Below, piece by piece: positions 57,189-64,000 of a DNA stretch of 64,000 bases. Within the stretch, counting starts at the first letter, position 1; every line of letters starts with the position of its first letter. This DNA comes from Neocallimastix sp. 'constans' (Eukaryota). A program made the translations under genes and the position numbers. The notes beneath the pieces were generated by a model. It searched no databases and was not told the DNA's origin. It worked only from the letters and a program-made list of their open reading frames with translations. The stretch spans positions 558,001-622,000 of the forward strand of contig JBODTK010000011.1 of NCBI GenBank assembly GCA_050613775.1, read 5' to 3'.

Positions 57189-60100
57189 AGACTAGGAATA
57201 AACTTTATTTAATAATATTTTTTTAAAAAATACATGAAGTTTAAATACATGAAATTTTTTTTATATTAATATTAAAAAACTACGTTATGAGATTCGAGGA
57301 CGAAATGGCCTCTAACTCTTCCCATTCATCGAAGATAACTCCATGTGGATGAAAATTATCATTCGAATCTGTATCAGAATTTCTTCTTTGCCTTATCGTT
57401 ACGACGTCGACGCTCTTGACAACGGTAGGTCAAACACTATACAAATCGATCATGGTGTAAAAATCACCAATCACAAAAGGCATAACGTTAGTAAGGAATT
57501 CCGCAATTCCCCACAAAATATGAAATCGGGAAAGAAGACTCGCTCGAAGGTGATTGAAAAATATTATTAATAAATCGCCTTCTTTCCCCCGAGCCGATCT
57601 TTAAGATTTCAAATACTGCATTTCCGCCAAGAAGGAGACACAGCACGTAAAAATTGATATTATCATCAAAATCTTCCTCTTTATCATCAGGAATGTTCAA
57701 TGATTTCTCATGAACAATTAGAGAAAAATTAATAAAAATTTCATCAACAAAGGGAATGAAATGTTGCCTAAATTCTTCAAATTTAGGACATAAAAGTATC
57801 CAGTGTGTAAAACTAGGTATGCTGTTACTCTCACCACAACAAGGGCAGTATGTTGGGCAATTTTCTGATACTAGATTACTTTTAACATACGTTTTTACAT
57901 CAAATTTGAATCCACATTTAATTCGTCCAATCCAAAAAAATCCAAGAGAAAATTGTGAATATTTAAGTGATAGACGATGAATAAATTTTTTAAAACCAAA
58001 TTTAAATTTCTTGTATTTTGTAGATCTGATCGCAGGAGTGCTTGAATAATGAATATTTTCCCAGTAAAACTTCCTTATTTCTCCAGGAAGTTTATTGTTG
58101 TGCTTGTGTACTGCTAAACTCCGTGCTTTTTTCGTCCATGAATAGTGAGAAAGTGTAGGTATATTTTTTGACTAAATGAGAAATAATACAAGAAGAATCT
58201 TTCCACTTTTTAAAGCATCGAATCATCGCCTTAGCACAAAAACTAGCTATAGGAGGTATAGAAAGTTCCTTAGACATATTGTAAATTGAAGTATTGGAGG
58301 TTTTATTTTTAAACCCGAAACTCCAATACAAACCTCGATTAAAAGCAGTTTGAGCTTTTTCAGTATTCTTTTTATTTGAACCAAGTAAGGGAGCATAATA
58401 AAGAACTGAACTAAGGACAAAAGAAACTAGTATACGAATTTTAAAGTAGAAAGGAACATTCCTATTGGTTAAAAATCTAAAGAAAGAGTTAACTGTATAA
58501 TTAATTTTACTATTCATCTTAGCAATAATAGGTTTTAAATCCAACGATTCATTAAAAGGTATACCAAGATAGGTATATTGATTAGTGCTTGGTATATAGT
58601 TCATACCGAGTCTAAATGTAGGATTTTCATAATGTCTTGAAGGTATAAAATTCTTTGGTTTAACAACTAGTGTAGCGCATTTATTGATTCCAAAGGTCAT
58701 TTCATTTTTAATACCCCAATCATGAGCAATATTCAAAAGGTTTTTAAGTGAAGATTTTGTAGGAGCTAATAATACAATATCATCAGCAAATAATCCACCA
58801 CAACACTTTTTCTTTTCAGTAATCACACCATAACTTTTACATTTATCAAAAATATCATTGATAAATATATTGAATAAAATAGGAGAGAGAGGACACCCTT
58901 GGCGAACACCACGGTGTACTGGAAATTCTTTTGAAAGTTTACCATTAAAGTTTGCACGAGCTTTCGAGGTAAGGTATAGATTAGTAATGAATTGAAGGCA
59001 TTTACCACGAATACCAAGATTATTTAGTTTAGTAAGTATATTGTAAATTGGAACTGAATCATAAGCTTTTTTAAGGTCAAGAAAGGCAAGAAAGGTAAAT
59101 TTATCCTTAAATTTTCTTCTTTGACAAATTTCACGAATGGATACAAATAAACTAATACATTCTTCTTTATTTCTAAAACCAAACTGTTCTGGTCTAATTA
59201 TTCCATTAGAAAAAGCATAGTCCGATATTCTTTTAGTGACAATTTTTGATAGAATTTTTAAACCTACATTGATGAGTGAAATACCACGATAATTATTACA
59301 ATCTGAAAGATCCCCTTTTTTAGGAATAGAAACAATAGAAGCAGAGTTCCATTCATTAGGAAAGTCACCATCCCAAATTTTATTAAAAAGTAATAACAGA
59401 CACTTTGCACAATCGGAATAAGTAACCTCTTGGTTAGAGTCATCCTGAGAAGAAGTTCTACTCTCAGAATTAAAAAATGCTTTAAAAAATTCTGTAGGTA
59501 TACCATCAGGACCAGGTGCTTTGTTATTTTTCATTGAAAGAACAGCTGAATGAATTTCTGACATGGAAATAGGTTGATTAATATCCCATGATTCCTGAGG
59601 AGTAGGAGAATATTATTAAGTATTCTTTTCCAATAATTTTCATTAAGACTGTGACCAGTTATATCAGAAGCAAGTTCTTCATAGTGTTCCGCAAAACGAT
59701 TGAGTTGATCTTCTTGGGATACTAGAACATTACCTTCTTTATCTTTAATGTATACAGGTGATTGGGAAGGAGAGTAAGAAGGTTTAGAGATTTTCTTAAG
59801 TCCAGACCAACCACGCTGGGCATCATTTTTTAAGAAACATTCGCCAATGGAATGAATCAAATTTTTAAATCTAATAATCCTAATATTTCTTTTAATACTA
59901 ATGATATAATCAGAAAGAACTCTATATTCTTTTGAGAGATCACAAAATTCTTGAAGATTAGACAAATCATTACTAAGTTTAAAATTTTTAATCCTTTTAT
60001 AAAATAAATGTTTTTCATGTGATAATTTCTTAATATAAGCAGGACAATGGAACGCTGAACCCTGTAAATTTGTAGGAACTCTTGCTTGAATGTCATCGCC

Positions 60101-61203
60101 TATTTTATTTGCTGTGTCAAGAAGTTTTTTAACCATTGTATTAGAGTCTAGATTATCATTATGTTCAAATTCATCCAGTAAACATGTGAATTTATTATGA
60201 GAGAAGATTGCTTCACGTTTATCCCTACAAATTCGATTAGACCACTTAATTTGTTTATCCCGAGGGGGAGTAACAAAACCATCAGGAGATATTTTTTTAC
60301 AAGAAAGAATAAGTGGTAAATGGTCAGAGATGTCATTAAAAGAGTAGCATACAGAAGCAATATTTAGATAATTTCTTAATATATCGTTCACTACTATAAA
60401 ATCAATACAAGAATTCTTTCCACCATTAGACCAAGTAAATTGATGACCAACCATATCCATAACAAACCATTGAGGGGAAATTCTAAGAATAAGATCTTTG
60501 AGTTGTTGCTTAGACATGTTGAAATCACCAACAATAGCCGAAGGGTTATTCTGATGGTTCTTGAGCCAATTAGCAAAATCAGTTTCCGCTTTTTCTCTAG
60601 AGTCTTTGTGTTTTTTGCTAGGGATGTAAATGTTCCCTAAAGAATATCTGACACCCCAAAAAGAGAATATATTTACTGAGAGTATATCTATATTCAAAAT
60701 TATCATTAGTGAATTGGCAGGAGGAGTGCACACCTATATAAAGGCCCCTCATACCAGGGATTTTTTTGTCCGCACGTCTCAGTACTGTTCTATAATGATT
60801 AAGGAATGGATATGAGTTAGAAAAAGAGTTAAGGAATGAACTATTAGGGACTTCTTGAAGACAAATACAAATAGGATTAAAGATTGAATTAAAATTGGTA
60901 AGTCCGTCACGTTTTTCAGAATTCCAACCATTTATGTTCCAGCTAATACAGAGGTTGAAATATTTAGTATTCGAGAAAGGGTTAGCATACAGGAGGCTTT
61001 CAGAGATGGGGATTGAGGGTTCAGAATAATACCTAGTTCTTTTATGATTAACATTGCTAAATGTGCGTATCCTTGAAGTAATCTTCCATTTTATTCTTTT
61101 AACAGGTAAGTGCTTAGTAATCAAATAAATAACCTTCAAATAATCCGTATAATTATTATAGTTAACTCTTAGGATGAAGTAGTTTTCCATATTAATATAG
61201 TGT
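57162..61203 (-). mobile_element. Frameshifted APE-RT LINE (copy A) with poly(A)
   Basis: Endonuclease motifs SWNING, CLQE, GDFN, IDFI and SDH; RT KAPGPDG, YRGISL, QGCPLSP and FADD; C-terminal CPCCG...HWILLC; T run at 57162-57188; at least three frameshifts. Confidence 0.92.
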
Positions 61204-61208
61204 TTTTT

Positions 61209-61272
<64 letters not shown>

Positions 61273-64000
61273 CAGGGAAGAGAATACACTTCCAAAACTT
61301 TATTAATTTTATTATAAAAAATACATGTAGGTGAAAAGTACATTTGAAATTAAAAATAAAAAATTAAAAAATAAAAAAATAAAAAGCTCGAAATTACTAT
61401 GTATTTCGGCAAGTTGTACTATGCGGGAATTTTTCCCTTCCTATCAAATAAAAAAGAAATAAAACCTAGAAGTAACATCTTTAAAATAGATAGTGTGGTG
61501 TCCACTAAACCCTCCCCGGACTCATCATTTATTGAACTACTAGGGAGAGATTCATCCTTCGTAGCAATAGATGACGATCCTGTATTATCATTATGCCTTA
61601 TCAGTACGACGTCGACGCTCTTGGATAAGTTTGGTATTTTGCAATACCTATCAAATAATAGCTCAAACGAACTATTAATGATAGGTATTGCACCTGTTAA
61701 GAATTCCGCCAAGCCCACAATTTATGGAACAGGTGACTCAGATGAACCTTTGAAAAGTAGTTCATTTAATTGTCTCTGTTCCCCACTATCGAAATGTAGC
61801 TCATTTAAAACTAAAGTCCCACCAAGAAGGAACAAGTATATATAATGATTGATATAATCTTCAAAATTAGAAATAGAGTCATAGGAAGAAAGAGGATTAA
61901 ACGCTCTAATCTTCCTAAGGAATAAAACATAGAGATCATCGATGAAATTTAAAGAATTCCATCTAAAAGATGCAAGAGCATCGCATTTAAAAATCCAATG
62001 TTCAAAAGATTGTTTATCTTCGCCACAACAGGGGCAATACTTGGGACAATCTTCTGAAACTCTACCCATTCTAATAGCAATAGTAGTATTGTATTTATAA
62101 CCACAGCGTAAACGTATAATCCACGAAAACCCTAAGTTGAATTGGGGATATTTTAAACTAAGCATAATTATAGCTTTATTGTTTGAGAACTTATTACGAT
62201 CGTAATTTTGACCTTTAATACCTTGAAATTTGGCAACTGATTTCCAGTAACGTTCTAAAATATCGTCATATTTTTCACATTTATATTTTTTGATTTTTTT
62301 ATACAGTGTTCTAGATTCTTTAGTCCAGGAATAATGATGCATTTTGGGAATAGATTTAATAAGATCCTTTATAATACAGTTTGATTTACTCCATTTTGCA
62401 AATGATTTAATCTGTAAGGCTGCGCAGACACCAGCAATAGGAGGAATGCTTAGATCTCGAGATAAAGCATAAGTACTCATAGTAGAATTATGTCTAATAT
62501 AGTCATTGTCTTCTGAACTTGTTTTACCATTTTTAGAGAAGGAGCCGATACACCAAAATAGACCAGTATTAATTAATGTTTGAATTCTGGCCGTTCTGGA
62601 TTTGTTTGAACCAAGTAAAGGAGAATAATAAATTACTTTACTAATAACAAAGGATTGAAGAACTTTTTTCTTGTATGCAATAGGGATAAGTTTAATTGAG
62701 AAGAAATGTGTAAATGAAAGAAGGGATTTTCTAACTTTAAAATGCATGTGAGATATAATGTGTTCTAGTAAGAGATCATCAGAAAAAGGAATACCAAGAT
62801 AAATATAACTAGAAACTTTAGGAATAGCATTCATTCCTAAATAGAAGGTTGGGTCACTATAGTTTGGAGGAGATTGGAAGTTCATTGGTTTTATAACCAT
62901 AGTTGCACATTTTTCAATACCAAAAGTCATTTCATTTAAATTAGCCCATCTATGTACCTTTTTTAGTAATTTTTCTAAATTTTTTGCACTTGGAGCAATG
63001 AGAACAACATCATCAGCAAAGAGTCCACCACAACACTTTTTTCTTCCAATATTAACACCATACTTTTCACAGTCATTTAATATATCATTGATGAATAAAT
63101 TGAATAAAATTGGAGATAATGGACAACCTTGACGAACACCTCTTTTAATAGGAAATTCATTTGATAACATTGAAGCAAATCGAGCACGAGCTTTAGATGA
63201 AGTATATAAATTACAAAGAAAATCAAAACATTTACCACGTACTCCATAATGATATAATTTAGTAAGAATGTTAAAAATAGGAACTGAATCATAAGCTTTT
63301 TTAAGATCTAAAAAGGCTAAATATGTGAATTTTCCTTGAAATTTTCTTCTTTGGCATATTTCTCTAACGGAAATGAATAAACTAATGCATTCTTCACGGT
63401 TGCGAAAGCCAAATTGTTCAGGTCTAATGAAATTGTGTGAGAGTGCGTAAGAAGATATTCTATCTGTAACAATTTTTGAAATGATTTTCAGTCCAACATT
63501 AATGAGAGAAATACCTCGATAATTACTACAATCTGATAGGTCACCTTTCTTAGGGATTGATACAATAGAAGCTGAGTTCCATTTTTTAGGAAAAGACCCA
63601 TTCCATATTTTATTAAAAATCAATTTAAGACACTTTCCAGCAGCAGGATATGTTTCTAGTAATTCTTCATTGCAAAACAGAGCTTTGTAGAATTCAATCG
63701 GGATACCATCGGGGCCGGGTGCTTTGTTGTTTTTCATAGATGAAATTGTTTTTTTAATATCGTCAATCGTAATGGGACCATTTATATTCCAGGTAGAGGA
63801 TCTAAGACTAATATTCCTTAAAGCATGATTCCAGTAATTACGATTAAGGCTGTGACCTGAGGGATCAGAAGCTAGATCTTTATAATATTCAGCCCATCTA
63901 TCTAATTGTTTAGTAGGAGAGATAATATATTGACCAAATTTAGATTTGATGCAAGTAGGGGAGGTAGATGAATACGATGGTTTAGCCATTTTTTTTAAAC
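61204..64000 (-). mobile_element. LINE copy B (RT, zinc finger, 3' UTR, poly(A)); 5' part lies beyond the window
   Basis: Frame is open from the window edge to 61722 with all RT motifs, then continues in frame to 61419 after one TAA. T run at 61204-61269. Confidence 0.93.

Noticed and set aside
63987..63989. ATG as the start of the LINE B ORF
   Set aside because: The frame stays open to the window edge and aligns mid-protein with copy A (LKKMAKPSY versus LKKISKPSY).

Overview
Extremely AT-rich eukaryotic DNA with GT-AG introns. It is probably an anaerobic gut fungus (Neocallimastigomycota), inferred from base composition and gene types. The left part (1-28 kb) holds an ankyrin-repeat gene running off the window, an 11-exon beta-helix/EGF/7TM receptor-like gene, a 3-exon 2H-phosphoesterase-like gene missed by the ORF track, and decayed copia and LINE relics. 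The main structure starts 15 bp upstream of a minus-strand tRNA-Ser(GCT) gene (28113-28194). It is a ~28 kb end-to-end stack of 13 LTR-retrotransposon insertions: one intact Ty3/gypsy element, one full-length element with stop codons, one truncated element and ten solo or partial LTRs. Units are separated only by 4-5 bp target-site duplications that copy the same bases upstream of the tRNA (ATAT in proximal junctions, ATAC in distal ones). This reads as a polarised chronological record of repeated tRNA-targeted integration. The right end (56-64 kb) is a head-to-tail cluster of minus-strand APE-RT LINEs. All coordinates and alignments were read by eye; no database search was run.
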